This document shows, piece after piece, positions 47,764 through 57,398 of a stretch of DNA of 63,748 nucleotides. The stretch is taken from positions 1 through 63,748 of IMG/VR virus record IMGVR_UViG_3300042465_003545. One strand, written 5' to 3'. Every line of letters starts with the position of its first letter. Position 1 is the stretch's first letter. The translations under genes were made by a program, and so were the position numbers. Below the pieces are notes generated by a model, which made no database searches, was not told where the DNA came from, and worked only from the letters and a program-made list of their open reading frames with translations. Source of the stretch: a virus (taxonomy: Duplodnaviria > Caudoviricetes).

Positions 47764-50388
47764 ATGACGCCACAACGCACTATGAATACCTATGCCCTCG
47801 ACTTTGAGACCTACTACGATAAAGAATGTTCGATTAAAATTCTAGGAACACAGGGTTACTTTAACCACCCCAATTTTGACGCCTACATGGTCACTGTGTG
47901 GGGTTCTGATGGGACACGCTACGTGGGGGACCCTCGAAACTTTGACTGGTCTATTCTGAACGGTAACAGGGTTCTGTCCCACAACGCTTCCTTTGATGAG
48001 GGTGTCTACTTTCACGGGGTCTCTAAAGGGTGGTGGCCGCCAGCGCTTCTTGCTGAGTGGTTATGCACCTCTGACATGGTTGCGTTCCTCGGACTGCCAC
48101 GAAGTCTGAAGGGCGCAGTTAATACTGTGTTTGGCATTGAAATCAGTAAGGACACTCGGGACAACATGAAGGGTAAAGCTTGGGAATCTATGACTCCTGA
48201 CTTTCAAAAAGAAGTATCCGATTACGCGTTGCGCGATGCGGAATACTGCTTTAACTTATGGGAGAAACTTGGCGACAGATGGCCCCTAAGAGAACGCAAG
48301 ATTAGCGCGATCAATCGGCGTATCGCGCAGCGCGGAATCCCTATTGATTGGGACGCGCTCCAGAAAAATCTAGGTATAATCAATACCGCTCTGTTTAACG
48401 CTGAGTCATTGATTCCTTGGATTGAGGACTATACCCCACTCTCTCGAAAAGCGTTCAATGCACAGTGCCGTAAGCAAAATATTGAGCCACCGAAGTCTCT
48501 TGCACAAGCAAGTCCTGAGGCGGCTAAGTGGTTCGAGGTGAATGGCGCTGAGTGTGTATGGGCAAAAGCTGTGTCCGACTACCGCAGAATCAATAGCTTC
48601 AAAAAGAAACTAGAGTCCTTCCAAGGGGGCACACTAGGTGACGGGCGTTACTATGGTGGGTTCCTATATTTTGGAGCTTCGACAGGACGCTTCTCTGGGT
48701 CAGGCGGCAACCTGAATCTACAAAACCTACCTCGTGGGGAGATGTTCGGAGTTGATTTTCGCAAGATGATTAAAACTCCAGAGGGTCGTGCTCTTGTTGT
48801 TGTCGACCTATCTCAGATCGAGGTGCGCACCTTGTGCCACCTAGCGGGGGACACGAAAGCTCTACAACTGATCAAGGAGTCAGAAGACATTTATCATGCC
48901 TTCGGAGTCCTGCTCGGGTTACACGATCCTGCAAACGGACAGCTTAAAAAGTATGACCCAGTTCTCAGACACAAAGTTAAATCGATCGTTCTTGGGTGTT
49001 TTGGCGCGGAGACCATAGTCCTAACCAACAATGGGTGGAAAAGAATTGTAGATGTCAGCTTGACAGATATGGTATGGGACGGTATTGAATGGTCTCACCA
49101 CGAAGGAGTTATATGCCAAGGAATAAAAACAACGATAAACCAACACGGAGTAGCTGCAACAGCGGACCACGAAATCCTAACGGAACATGGGTGGAAGGAG
49201 TGGTCCGAGGTCCTTACAGAGAGTTCCCTTTTCCAGTCGGCTATAAAGTCGGGGAACTTACCATCGTTTGTTGGAATAGAAAAGACAGAGCCTATCACCC
49301 TATCGTTAAATGCTCGTGCGGGTGGCAAGGATTTGTTGATAGATACAACCTCAAATTTGGGAGGACTACCCGATGCAGAGAGTGCGCTGCTAGTAAATCA
49401 GGGGCTACCCTTTCTGAAAATTATGGGTGCGCCTCTATTTTACCAGACCCGCGAGAACGAAAAAGACTACTCGGAAGAATGTCAGCCACAGTCTCACGGT
49501 GTCATACTCCAGATAACAGAAACTACGGGCACTACGGAGCAAGAGGGATACACGTCCACCAACCTTGGAGAGACAACCGCGCAGAGTATCTGGCATATCT
49601 CCTCACGCTCGTCGGCTGGGACAATCCGAAACTTGAACTCGACCGTATCGACAACAATAGAGGATACGAGCCCGATAATCTCAGATTCACTACTAGGAGC
49701 CAAAATAGACTTAATTCCAGACGCAGTATTGCTAAACGACTTCGCGAGAGTAGAACTGACTTATGACTTAAAAAATGTGGGGCAGCGAAACAGATTCACT
49801 GTCCTCACAAGTGAAGGACCCATCCTTGTTCATAATTGTGGCTACGGAATGGGTGTCGATCGCTTTGCAGAGTTCAGTGGGCTAGATGAGAACGAGGCAG
49901 CAACTGCCGTAAACCTATACCGTAAGCGTATGAAGTCCGTAGTAAACCTATGGGGGCACTATGACGAGGGAATCAATTTCTCTATCGCGGCGGGGGAAGA
50001 GTTCAGTGTAGAGATCGCTTCAAGCCGTGTCCTTGGTTACGGGCGCATCAAGAAGATGAAGGACTCTAAGACAGGTAAGTTTACCAACGTGGGTAAGATT
50101 ATGCGCCAAGGTCGCCTGATGGACTTTAGACTTTGGGGTGGCGTTATAACCGAGAACGCAAGTCAAGGACTCGCACGCGACATCTTTTCCGACATGATGG
50201 TTCGGGTAGAAGAAGCAGGATACGACTGTATCATGCACGTCCACGACGAACTTATCGTTGAAGTGGACGAAGATAAAGCAGAGCTAGCATTAAAAGAAAT
50301 TCTAGCTATTATGTCCACTCCTCCTGAGTGGATACCAGACATCCCACTCTCTGCCGAGGGTCAAATCATGACAGAATACACCAAATGA
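47764..50388 (+). CDS. polA: Family A DNA polymerase with 3'-5' exonuclease, interrupted by an intein
   Basis: Exo I ALDFETY; TGRFSG, NLQNLPR; motif A DLSQIEVR; motif B KSIVLG|CGYG; ENASQGLARD; motif C HVHDE. Confidence 0.95.
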   Translation: MTPQRTMNTYALDFETYYDKECSIKILGTQGYFNHPNFDAYMVTVWGSDGTRYVGDPRNFDWSILNGNRVLSHNASFDEGVYFHGVSKGWWPPALLAEWLCTSDMVAFLGLPRSLKGAVNTVFGIEISKDTRDNMKGKAWESMTPDFQKEVSDYALRDAEYCFNLWEKLGDRWPLRERKISAINRRIAQRGIPIDWDALQKNLGIINTALFNAESLIPWIEDYTPLSRKAFNAQCRKQNIEPPKSLAQASPEAAKWFEVNGAECVWAKAVSDYRRINSFKKKLESFQGGTLGDGRYYGGFLYFGASTGRFSGSGGNLNLQNLPRGEMFGVDFRKMIKTPEGRALVVVDLSQIEVRTLCHLAGDTKALQLIKESEDIYHAFGVLLGLHDPANGQLKKYDPVLRHKVKSIVLGCFGAETIVLTNNGWKRIVDVSLTDMVWDGIEWSHHEGVICQGIKTTINQHGVAATADHEILTEHGWKEWSEVLTESSLFQSAIKSGNLPSFVGIEKTEPITLSLNARAGGKDLLIDTTSNLGGLPDAESALLVNQGLPFLKIMGAPLFYQTRENEKDYSEECQPQSHGVILQITETTGTTEQEGYTSTNLGETTAQSIWHISSRSSAGTIRNLNSTVSTTIEDTSPIISDSLLGAKIDLIPDAVLLNDFARVELTYDLKNVGQRNRFTVLTSEGPILVHNCGYGMGVDRFAEFSGLDENEAATAVNLYRKRMKSVVNLWGHYDEGINFSIAAGEEFSVEIASSRVLGYGRIKKMKDSKTGKFTNVGKIMRQGRLMDFRLWGGVITENASQGLARDIFSDMMVRVEEAGYDCIMHVHDELIVEVDEDKAELALKEILAIMSTPPEWIPDIPLSAEGQIMTEYTK
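48997..49836 (+). mobile_element. 280-aa intein in PolA motif B
   Basis: Block A CFGAETIVLT, block B ATADHEILT, block F TYDL...NRF and block G ILVHN followed by Cys+1. Confidence 0.93.
49113..49766 (+). CDS. HNH homing endonuclease nested out of frame inside the intein
   Basis: +2 frame: GYKVGELTIV, CSCG, CREC, RCHTPDNRNYGHYGARGI, LDRIDNNRGYEPDNLRFTTRSQNRLN. AAGGAG precedes ATG 49113 (alternative ATG 49089). Confidence 0.88.
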   Translation: MPRNKNNDKPTRSSCNSGPRNPNGTWVEGVVRGPYREFPFPVGYKVGELTIVCWNRKDRAYHPIVKCSCGWQGFVDRYNLKFGRTTRCRECAASKSGATLSENYGCASILPDPRERKRLLGRMSATVSRCHTPDNRNYGHYGARGIHVHQPWRDNRAEYLAYLLTLVGWDNPKLELDRIDNNRGYEPDNLRFTTRSQNRLNSRRSIAKRLRESRTDL

Positions 50389-52565
50389 AATACCGATATA
50401 TCCGAAACCATAGAGCAACCGCCACATCATCTTTCGACGATCCTACAACTGTACCCCATAATGTTCCGACCTTTGCCAACAAGGGTCAGTTCCGTGAGTG
50501 GTGCGCTGACCCTAACACTGACCACTGTTTCTACACTCTTAATGAGGGTGACAACAAATTCGAGAGGGTCGGGGAAGAGAATCCTGTCAATCGGATTTAC
50601 GGGTTCACTGCGGACTACGACGCGCCCCTCGACTGGACGAACGTGGAAAACATTATCAAGATCCGCTGTGAGGCAGACAAAATTCCTACGTGGTACTCAA
50701 AAACGAACTCAGGATACATACGTTTAGTGTGGGAGTTCAGCGAACCCATTCCTGTAGCACCAGAGATGGCAGACGCGTTCTTACGTAGGCTTGCCATAGA
50801 GTTGAGGGCATCGATGTTGTTCGGGGGCTACGATAAGTCCTCGGAGAAAGTTGCGCAGACATTTGAATTAGGCACTAATTGGAAAAAGATTGGTCACGTT
50901 CTTGACGCCCTTGTTGCTAAGACTGTTTTACTGAAGGCGGCAAACGACGCCCCCATCAAGACAGTAGACACAAACATACCGATCGAGGACGTAGCAGTAG
51001 AAGTTGATCGGAAGTTTCCTAATCGATGGAAGAAGGACTTTGTAGTAGGCTCACGAGGTCCTCTATTCTGGATCGATGACGGTATCGAGCGAGACGGGTG
51101 CCAAGTTCGCGAGGACGGAGTTATATGTTACTCTGACAGGGCGGAGAGGGGGTTCATGTCGTGGCGTGATCTCCTTGGAAAGAAGTTCATGGATTCTTAC
51201 GAGACGGCTAAAGTAGGCGGGCTCGTTGACCAATTTTGGTTCAACGGGAAAAGCTACTACAAGCTTCTCAATAACAACCCTGTGGCAATACCAAAAGAGC
51301 AGCTACTACTGGAGCTACGAAAGATGGGCTTCTCCCACAAGACGAAGAAAGGACAGTCACTTTCTGAGGTAGAGAGCGCGCTTCTTACGATCTCCAATGA
51401 AAGTCGTGTCGACGAGGTTGCCCCTGTAGTCTTCTCTAAGGGTCGTGTAATTTCTTTCAATGGGCGCAGAATACTGAACTCTAGCAAGGCGAGCCCCGTT
51501 CGCCCTGCTTCGACAGGAGACCCCGAGATGTGGCCGTGGATTCATGCGTTCATTACTCCGTTCTTTGTAGACGACGATGAAGGTCGGAGCACACTCCCAT
51601 ACTTCTTCGCGTGGTTCAAGCGCCTCTACTCTGCGGTGCTGGAGCATCGGCTTGATCAAGGTCAGCTTCTCATTCTACTCGGACCAACAGGTAGGGGAAA
51701 GACGCTACTCACTAACCAGATTCTAGGTCGCTCGGTCGGGGGTTTCTCTGATGCTAGTGATTATCTTTCTGGTAACACGTCGTTCAACCGTGACCTGTGC
51801 GGAGCAGCGATGTGGGTGGTCGATGACCAAGTAGCCGCGTCTACCTACGCGGATCAACGTAAGTTTGTGGAACTGACAAAAAGGTGCGTAGCTAACCCAC
51901 GACTAGAGTACCATGCCAAGTATGCAGATGCCGTTACGCTGCCGTGGTCGGGTCGTGTTGCTATGTCCCTCAACCTTGACGCAAACTCACTCGCGGCACT
52001 GCCATCTCTTGACTCGTCGAATAGAGACAAGGTATTGGCGCTGCGGCTGAACTCGACTCATAAAGTAACTTTCCTGTCCAACGTAGAAACAGAAGCAACC
52101 ATCGCTGAAGAACTGCCATTCTTTCTAAGATGGTTACTAGACTACGAACCACCAGAGCATGTGCTAGCAACTAATAGATTTGGTGTCAAAACGTATATCG
52201 ATCCATTCATCGAAGCAGCGGCTTATGATAATAGTAGTCGTTCTGAGATTGCTGAGTTGGTGGAGTTCTTTGCTCGCAAGTATCGTGAGGGTGCTGCTGC
52301 GTGTGGGACGAAAGTAACCAGTGTGTGGCGAGGAACGCTAACTGATTTCCAAGTTACGCTTCACGAGCTCAACGGGGGAAGGAATGTAGGGTCGTCTAAC
52401 AACTTAGGATTCGTTCGTCGGGGTATGACCGTGCTCGAAGAAGTAGGACTCATCAATACGAAGATTCGCCCAGTGCGTAGTCGAGGTGAAGGTGGCGGTA
52501 AGTTGTGGGAGATCAACGTCAGTGACGACTACGATATTGACAAGGGTATGTCCGACGAAACCTGA
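50385..52565 (+). CDS. Primase (prim-pol-like) fused to an SF3-like helicase/ATPase
   Basis: N-terminal ADYD and SKTNSGYIRLVW; Walker A GPTGRGKT and VVDD; ATG at 50385 overlaps the polA stop. Confidence 0.75.
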   Translation: MKYRYIRNHRATATSSFDDPTTVPHNVPTFANKGQFREWCADPNTDHCFYTLNEGDNKFERVGEENPVNRIYGFTADYDAPLDWTNVENIIKIRCEADKIPTWYSKTNSGYIRLVWEFSEPIPVAPEMADAFLRRLAIELRASMLFGGYDKSSEKVAQTFELGTNWKKIGHVLDALVAKTVLLKAANDAPIKTVDTNIPIEDVAVEVDRKFPNRWKKDFVVGSRGPLFWIDDGIERDGCQVREDGVICYSDRAERGFMSWRDLLGKKFMDSYETAKVGGLVDQFWFNGKSYYKLLNNNPVAIPKEQLLLELRKMGFSHKTKKGQSLSEVESALLTISNESRVDEVAPVVFSKGRVISFNGRRILNSSKASPVRPASTGDPEMWPWIHAFITPFFVDDDEGRSTLPYFFAWFKRLYSAVLEHRLDQGQLLILLGPTGRGKTLLTNQILGRSVGGFSDASDYLSGNTSFNRDLCGAAMWVVDDQVAASTYADQRKFVELTKRCVANPRLEYHAKYADAVTLPWSGRVAMSLNLDANSLAALPSLDSSNRDKVLALRLNSTHKVTFLSNVETEATIAEELPFFLRWLLDYEPPEHVLATNRFGVKTYIDPFIEAAAYDNSSRSEIAELVEFFARKYREGAAACGTKVTSVWRGTLTDFQVTLHELNGGRNVGSSNNLGFVRRGMTVLEEVGLINTKIRPVRSRGEGGGKLWEINVSDDYDIDKGMSDET

Positions 52566-52996
52566 TCGGGAATAAACATCCAGCGGTCTGCGCGAGCGGG
52601 TCGCTGGAAACCTTCATGAAGCCACCCTTGTTGAACATAGGTGGCTTTCTCTTTTAGTTTGACGGGATCGATCACTGTGAGTTCGAGATCCTCGCTAGCC
52701 ACAACGTAGTTAAGATGGAGCACTACATCATACCTTTCAATATTTTCGTAATCTTGGGGGGTTACGAAACAACCCTGCGGGCTTTTGTAATATGATAGAA
52801 CTCTAATTAGTTTGTTTTCAAATTCTATAGTCCACATGGGAGCGTTAGGGACAAGGCAGTTATCGCTACAACCTAGGAGACGACACGCGTGAAACAGCGC
52901 ATAAAAATTCTGAAGCTGAATTTTGACCCCCATCTGGTCTGCTCGTTTTTTCATCACACGAGCTTTTGCAATGTCAATCTGTTTTGTAGTCGGCAT
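52529..52996 (-). CDS. Hypothetical protein
   Basis: 155 aa; last gene of the minus-strand block, coupled by a TAATG overlap. Confidence 0.6.
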   Translation of the reverse strand: MPTTKQIDIAKARVMKKRADQMGVKIQLQNFYALFHACRLLGCSDNCLVPNAPMWTIEFENKLIRVLSYYKSPQGCFVTPQDYENIERYDVVLHLNYVVASEDLELTVIDPVKLKEKATYVQQGWLHEGFQRPARADRWMFIPDQVSSDIPLSIS

Positions 52997-53928
52997 TACA
53001 TCATCGTACGTAACCCAGATAGTTGACCCACACCCGACATGTCAAACTGAATACTGGGTATCGCGCTGCCTCTAGCTGATTCCATTTCAAGCTCCATGTT
53101 CTTTTGTGACTCATTCCAGTGGTAGGACGCACGCTCAAGATCGGCGTTATCCTCAGCGATGAGCGCGAGTAGGCCGTGTTTGATGGCAGCCAAGTTGGAA
53201 ATGTAAATCATATCATCGTCGCTGACCAGAGGTTCAAACGCTCGCTTAACAAGGACGTGAGCCGTTGTAGTATCCGTCGCTGAAGGTATGCGGTAGCGGC
53301 GGTATCTCGTGGTAGTAGCTGCTGGTCCGACAGTAGCCAACGTCGTAGTCGAGTCGTTTGCAACAGTTCGTATATCTAGGATAGGTCTCTCTTCTGACGC
53401 CTGAGAATACTTAATCGATACGATAGAGGATACAGGAGTGCTGAACGTGATTGTGCTACCCGATACAGTTCCTAAGTAGTATGAAGTACCGTCAGTTCCT
53501 ACTACACTTAAAATAGCTCCCCCTAAATCTACGGCGTCCTTGACTAGATCGTAGTCCGACGGGGTGATATACAGTGAGGATATAGCTGCGGTAACCGAGC
53601 GCATAGTTGGGTGATACCCCGCGTCAATCAGACCCCACAATGCTGGATCGACACTGCTGTTCATACCCGAAGCCTTGAAATCGTGCCACATCGATCGAAC
53701 GGAAGAAGGAGCCCCCTTTAACTGGCACATCAAAACGGATTCGGCATTACTAGGCAGAGTGATGCACCCATCGTAGATTGGTAGCTGGTACTGAATAGTC
53801 AGATCGCGGTAAATGCCACTAGAGTATAGTCGTGGTATTACCTGATTAAGGGCAGCACGTAAATTAGACGCTGGTTCCTTGTAGGTTCCTAGTGATTCTT
53901 CAACTTGAGAGTATGTTAGTGCGGGCAT
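52996..53928 (-). CDS. Putative tail adaptor / tubular protein
   Basis: 310 aa (CITLP...ESVL...RYRRY...AIKHGLLA); tail-module context. Confidence 0.5.
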   Translation of the reverse strand: MPALTYSQVEESLGTYKEPASNLRAALNQVIPRLYSSGIYRDLTIQYQLPIYDGCITLPSNAESVLMCQLKGAPSSVRSMWHDFKASGMNSSVDPALWGLIDAGYHPTMRSVTAAISSLYITPSDYDLVKDAVDLGGAILSVVGTDGTSYYLGTVSGSTITFSTPVSSIVSIKYSQASEERPILDIRTVANDSTTTLATVGPAATTTRYRRYRIPSATDTTTAHVLVKRAFEPLVSDDDMIYISNLAAIKHGLLALIAEDNADLERASYHWNESQKNMELEMESARGSAIPSIQFDMSGVGQLSGLRTMM

Positions 53929-53975
53929 AGTGTTAGTATAGTTAGATTGAGTGCTATGGTTTTTGTTGTTAGATT

Positions 53976-54890
53976 TTATATTCCTATTGTCACGAAACTA
54001 ACATTTCTAGTTGTTAGCGTTACGCCCCCACCGCTCGCTGCGGGCACTGATACTGATCCGAATGAAAAAGAACCGACGTAAATTCCCAATCGCCAGCAAT
54101 CAACTGTTGTTTGAGCCGATTCATAAAAAGTCAAATACCCATCGGCTTCATACATGACAAACTCCCACGTCACCAAGTCCAAGTCTTGGCCACTCGCCGC
54201 ATTGTGAGCGATTGATATGCTGTTAGCGTTTTCTGTGACTGTGACCCCAGTTCCTGCCACAATCCTGCGGAGCATCCACTTTCCTGTAGTCGGTTCAAAC
54301 TTCTGGAGAACCCCAGCGCCTCCACCGCTGCTGGCAGTATTGTCAAGTAACGAAGGCTGGAACTGATCGATGTGTCCTGTATGGAGTATGTTTAGTTCTA
54401 CGTTGTCCCCGTCAGCGACAACCTCACACAGTTGCACGATACGTTTCCCTACCGCACCAACTGGCTCACTACCTCCAATAAGCTGGGGAGCGACAGATGG
54501 GGGCCAACTTACATCAACATCGATTAACGCTGAGGTCGCGACACCACTAGCATCCTCTGTTATTTCACAATAGACTTTGTCTCCAACTCCTACAGGGATA
54601 GCGCTACCTCGTGTAGTTGGCAGCCCAGTAATAACAATATGAGCTACAGCGTCGCCTACCATCTTACGGGCTACGACGTGACCATATCGCATTAGCAATA
54701 CCCTGTTATTGGAGTCATCGAACTCTAAACGCGGGAACAGCGCGGAACTTTCTTTATCCTCGTATGGGTCACTACCGCTAACGTCAGGACGGGGAGAGTC
54801 CACACCAAAAGCACCGTAGCTAGACTCGGTGTAAGGTTCCGCGTTGCGTATAGGCGCTGGAGACTGTATTTGGTTTGGTTCCGTGTTCAT
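53976..54890 (-). CDS. Putative tail protein
   Basis: 304 aa; LRRIVAGTGVTVTE fibre-shaft-like motif. Confidence 0.55.
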   Translation of the reverse strand: MNTEPNQIQSPAPIRNAEPYTESSYGAFGVDSPRPDVSGSDPYEDKESSALFPRLEFDDSNNRVLLMRYGHVVARKMVGDAVAHIVITGLPTTRGSAIPVGVGDKVYCEITEDASGVATSALIDVDVSWPPSVAPQLIGGSEPVGAVGKRIVQLCEVVADGDNVELNILHTGHIDQFQPSLLDNTASSGGGAGVLQKFEPTTGKWMLRRIVAGTGVTVTENANSISIAHNAASGQDLDLVTWEFVMYEADGYLTFYESAQTTVDCWRLGIYVGSFSFGSVSVPAASGGGVTLTTRNVSFVTIGI

Positions 54891-56554
54891 TAGGTTCCAG
54901 TTCCAGTTAGGGCTATGGTGTAAGGATTCCTGCTTCCAGAGACGTTACTATTGATGTGCATTGCTGCAACACGGGCTCCTGCTACAGAGGGAGTAAACCT
55001 TACTATGAACGTGGTAGTCCCTGCGGGGGCGACAGGTGGTGTAGGCGCCGTAGTGACAGTATAGTTCGCCGCTGCAACTCCTGTGATTGTGATACCAAGA
55101 CCTACTAGATTTGTGGTTCCAGAGTTTCTGATTGTGAACGTCAACGAGAAGTTCGTGCCTACTGTTCGGGAACCGAAATTAACGCTACCGCCATCAGGCA
55201 GGGCGGTAAGCGCGGGCTGCTCTATGGTGATATAAGGCTCGGGCAGTGGGGCGCTAGGTGGTGTGTTAATCTCTGTCACTGCAGGGAACGTAGGGGCGTA
55301 CGCCGTGCGGATCGAACGGACAAATCCTCCACGATAAGGCTCCTGCTGATCGAACGCGACAATAGTAGCGGGCCACGTAAGATAGTTAGTTTCTTGAAAG
55401 AATCGTTCGGTGCCCACAACGTATTTGAATACGGGGTCCGTGGTCCCTGTATCCGCTTTGAACGATACGGAACCATGAAGACAGTCAGGTATGCTGACAG
55501 AAAAGAAAGGACATGAATAAATGATGCTTGTTGGGAGCATCGGCACAACTTCAGGTATGTCAAAAGCCGTAGCTCTCCAGTAACGGACAGACCGCTGCTT
55601 ACAGGGTCCTCGGTATCCTTCAGGGTGAAACCGCAATACAGGGTGGATATTAGAACCCCCGTCCCGTCGTGACCAGTTAATCATCTCGTAGTGCTGAAGA
55701 ACTGGGGGCCACGAGTAGTTGTCGTTTGTGAAAAAGTCATCAATGACGATAGCCCCAGTTAAGGTCGTGTCGCCGCCGCTATACGCAGTTCCTGAAACGA
55801 CTGTCTCAGTTGTAACTGCGTACCATTCGCAAGAAAGTTGTTTGCCAGTGCGCTGGGTTCCATCTGACTGGAGCCCCCAATAACTATTAGTGGGGTCCAA
55901 GAAAGCATTAGCTATACTGACGGAAACGACGGGGGAGGTTCCAGTCGTGTAAGCTGTCTCCGTCTTGTAGAGAAGGTTTACTGACTCAGTCAACCTCCGC
56001 CCGTTAAGCGAGTCGACGCCGATATTACGAGTAGTGCAGCGCTTAACATAAACGTGTACATCAACGACGAACATGGATTCCAATACCTGATCCCCTATGC
56101 GGGATTGCTTTCGCTGGGCTAGCACGTAGTCCGATCCGAATAAGCTTGTGGGCGTCGTGGACGGGTAAACGGGATCTACGTAGGTGACGGGCATCGTGGC
56201 GCCCATAGCGGGTGTAAGAGGGTTGAACGCGTCACGACGAGTAACATACGTGCGTGCAACGGCGTCGAAGTTTTGACCGCCGATGTCTGCCTTTGTAAAC
56301 TCCCAGTTATACTCATCTTGATTATTACGCACTGCGGCATAATAGAACTCGTAAATCCCATCGCGTTCGTTGTTTACTGCTCGGATATAGACGAGTTCGT
56401 GGTTCGGCCACTTAGCGGTATCAGGATGCGGGGTTCCGTATTCTGGAAAGTCTTTGCGCGTGGAGTCCTCAATTTGAGAAAACAAAATATCGCCCACTAA
56501 GGGAGTAGGTAATACCCTAGTATCTTGTCTTTTTGGTGCTTGAGGAAGCGGCAT
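54890..56554 (-). CDS. Virion protein with a C-terminal Ig-like (choice-of-anchor D / ASH-like) domain
   Basis: VNFGS...FTIRNSGTTNL...FTPSVAGARVAAMHINSN...NPYTIALTGTG. Confidence 0.7.
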   Translation of the reverse strand: MPLPQAPKRQDTRVLPTPLVGDILFSQIEDSTRKDFPEYGTPHPDTAKWPNHELVYIRAVNNERDGIYEFYYAAVRNNQDEYNWEFTKADIGGQNFDAVARTYVTRRDAFNPLTPAMGATMPVTYVDPVYPSTTPTSLFGSDYVLAQRKQSRIGDQVLESMFVVDVHVYVKRCTTRNIGVDSLNGRRLTESVNLLYKTETAYTTGTSPVVSVSIANAFLDPTNSYWGLQSDGTQRTGKQLSCEWYAVTTETVVSGTAYSGGDTTLTGAIVIDDFFTNDNYSWPPVLQHYEMINWSRRDGGSNIHPVLRFHPEGYRGPCKQRSVRYWRATAFDIPEVVPMLPTSIIYSCPFFSVSIPDCLHGSVSFKADTGTTDPVFKYVVGTERFFQETNYLTWPATIVAFDQQEPYRGGFVRSIRTAYAPTFPAVTEINTPPSAPLPEPYITIEQPALTALPDGGSVNFGSRTVGTNFSLTFTIRNSGTTNLVGLGITITGVAAANYTVTTAPTPPVAPAGTTTFIVRFTPSVAGARVAAMHINSNVSGSRNPYTIALTGTGT

Positions 56555-56560
56555 AGGAAA

Positions 56561-56588
56561 ACGCTACACTTTTTGAGTAGCAAGTCAA
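56561..56588 (-). promoter_or_regulatory. Sigma70-like promoter, probably leaderless
   Basis: TTGACT-16-TAGCGT-6-ATG(56554). Confidence 0.5.
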
Positions 56589-56634
56589 TAAGATTATGCG
56601 TCGGCTAGATAAAGTATAGGTGTAATCTAAAGTT

Positions 56635-57267
56635 TTAGACTGCCTTCCACCTGTTTGGCGCGATGACGTTACCCTTGCGCCTTTCAGTTTCTTCGATGAG
56701 ACAGTATTCAAAAGTTCTTACTTTTTCTTCCCAGTCATTCTTACCAAAAGGATTGGTGGCGTCCGCAAGCCATGAGACAAATAGTTCACGAAGCGGGGCA
56801 AAGATGGCGGTCTTAGCGGTCTGACATCCCTCGGAGGAAGTGCTTGCTCCCTTTGCGTCGTGGATGTTAATTGCATGAACGCCCCAATGGTCGTAGGTTC
56901 CCCCGCCAATCTTGTCACGTTTCACCAATACTTGCGCGCACTGCCTGAACGCTGGTCTTCCTTTGTGTAGTCCTGCACCATATAGCCAAACGCCCGTAGC
57001 GAGGCTTGCACGCCCTTTGTTGGAGCCTGTGCCCGAACCAGCACGGTATCCTGTTGGATCGGTGTTGGCTTGGTAAGTTACTACACCATGCTGCGGTGAG
57101 TAAAGGCACCACGCGTCGTCCCATTGATTACGATCGTTCTGTCCTTCTACTCCCATGCTATCGAGATAGTAACCACGGATTGATAGCCAACAACACTTTG
57201 TCAGGTCGCAGCCGTTAGCTTTGAGAATAGATACAACTTCGTCGTGGGTAATGCGTGGGGTGGGCAT
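56635..57267 (-). CDS. Putative endolysin with a YkuD / L,D-transpeptidase-like catalytic motif
   Basis: INIH...SSEGCQT; adjacent to lipoprotein and holin-like genes. Confidence 0.6.
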   Translation of the reverse strand: MPTPRITHDEVVSILKANGCDLTKCCWLSIRGYYLDSMGVEGQNDRNQWDDAWCLYSPQHGVVTYQANTDPTGYRAGSGTGSNKGRASLATGVWLYGAGLHKGRPAFRQCAQVLVKRDKIGGGTYDHWGVHAINIHDAKGASTSSEGCQTAKTAIFAPLRELFVSWLADATNPFGKNDWEEKVRTFEYCLIEETERRKGNVIAPNRWKAV

Positions 57268-57269
57268 AA

Positions 57270-57398
57270 TTATTTTGCGTCAAGGATTGCGACTACGACT
57301 TCTGGATCGGCACCATAAGTGCGCGAACCGTCTGGGTTGACCGTTAATGTGCAGCTTGAGTAAGCAAGTGCTAAAATGATTGTAATTAGTAGTTTCAT
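57270..57398 (-). CDS. 42-aa lipoprotein (spanin-like)
   Basis: MKLLITIILALAYSS|CTLTVNPDGSRTYG...; signal peptide with a lipobox-like Cys; below the ORF-track cut-off. Confidence 0.6.
   Translation of the reverse strand: MKLLITIILALAYSSCTLTVNPDGSRTYGADPEVVVAILDAK

Noticed and set aside
49089-49135. Programmed frameshift fusing PolA/intein to the HNH frame
   Set aside because: Only a weak T-AAA-AAC run is present, and independent initiation at the RBS-ATG is simpler. Not fully excluded.
53931-53977. Lone TGTTAGATTTT matching the twin-hairpin loop
   Set aside because: It has no flanking stem and lies in an AT-rich intergenic gap, so chance is a sufficient explanation.
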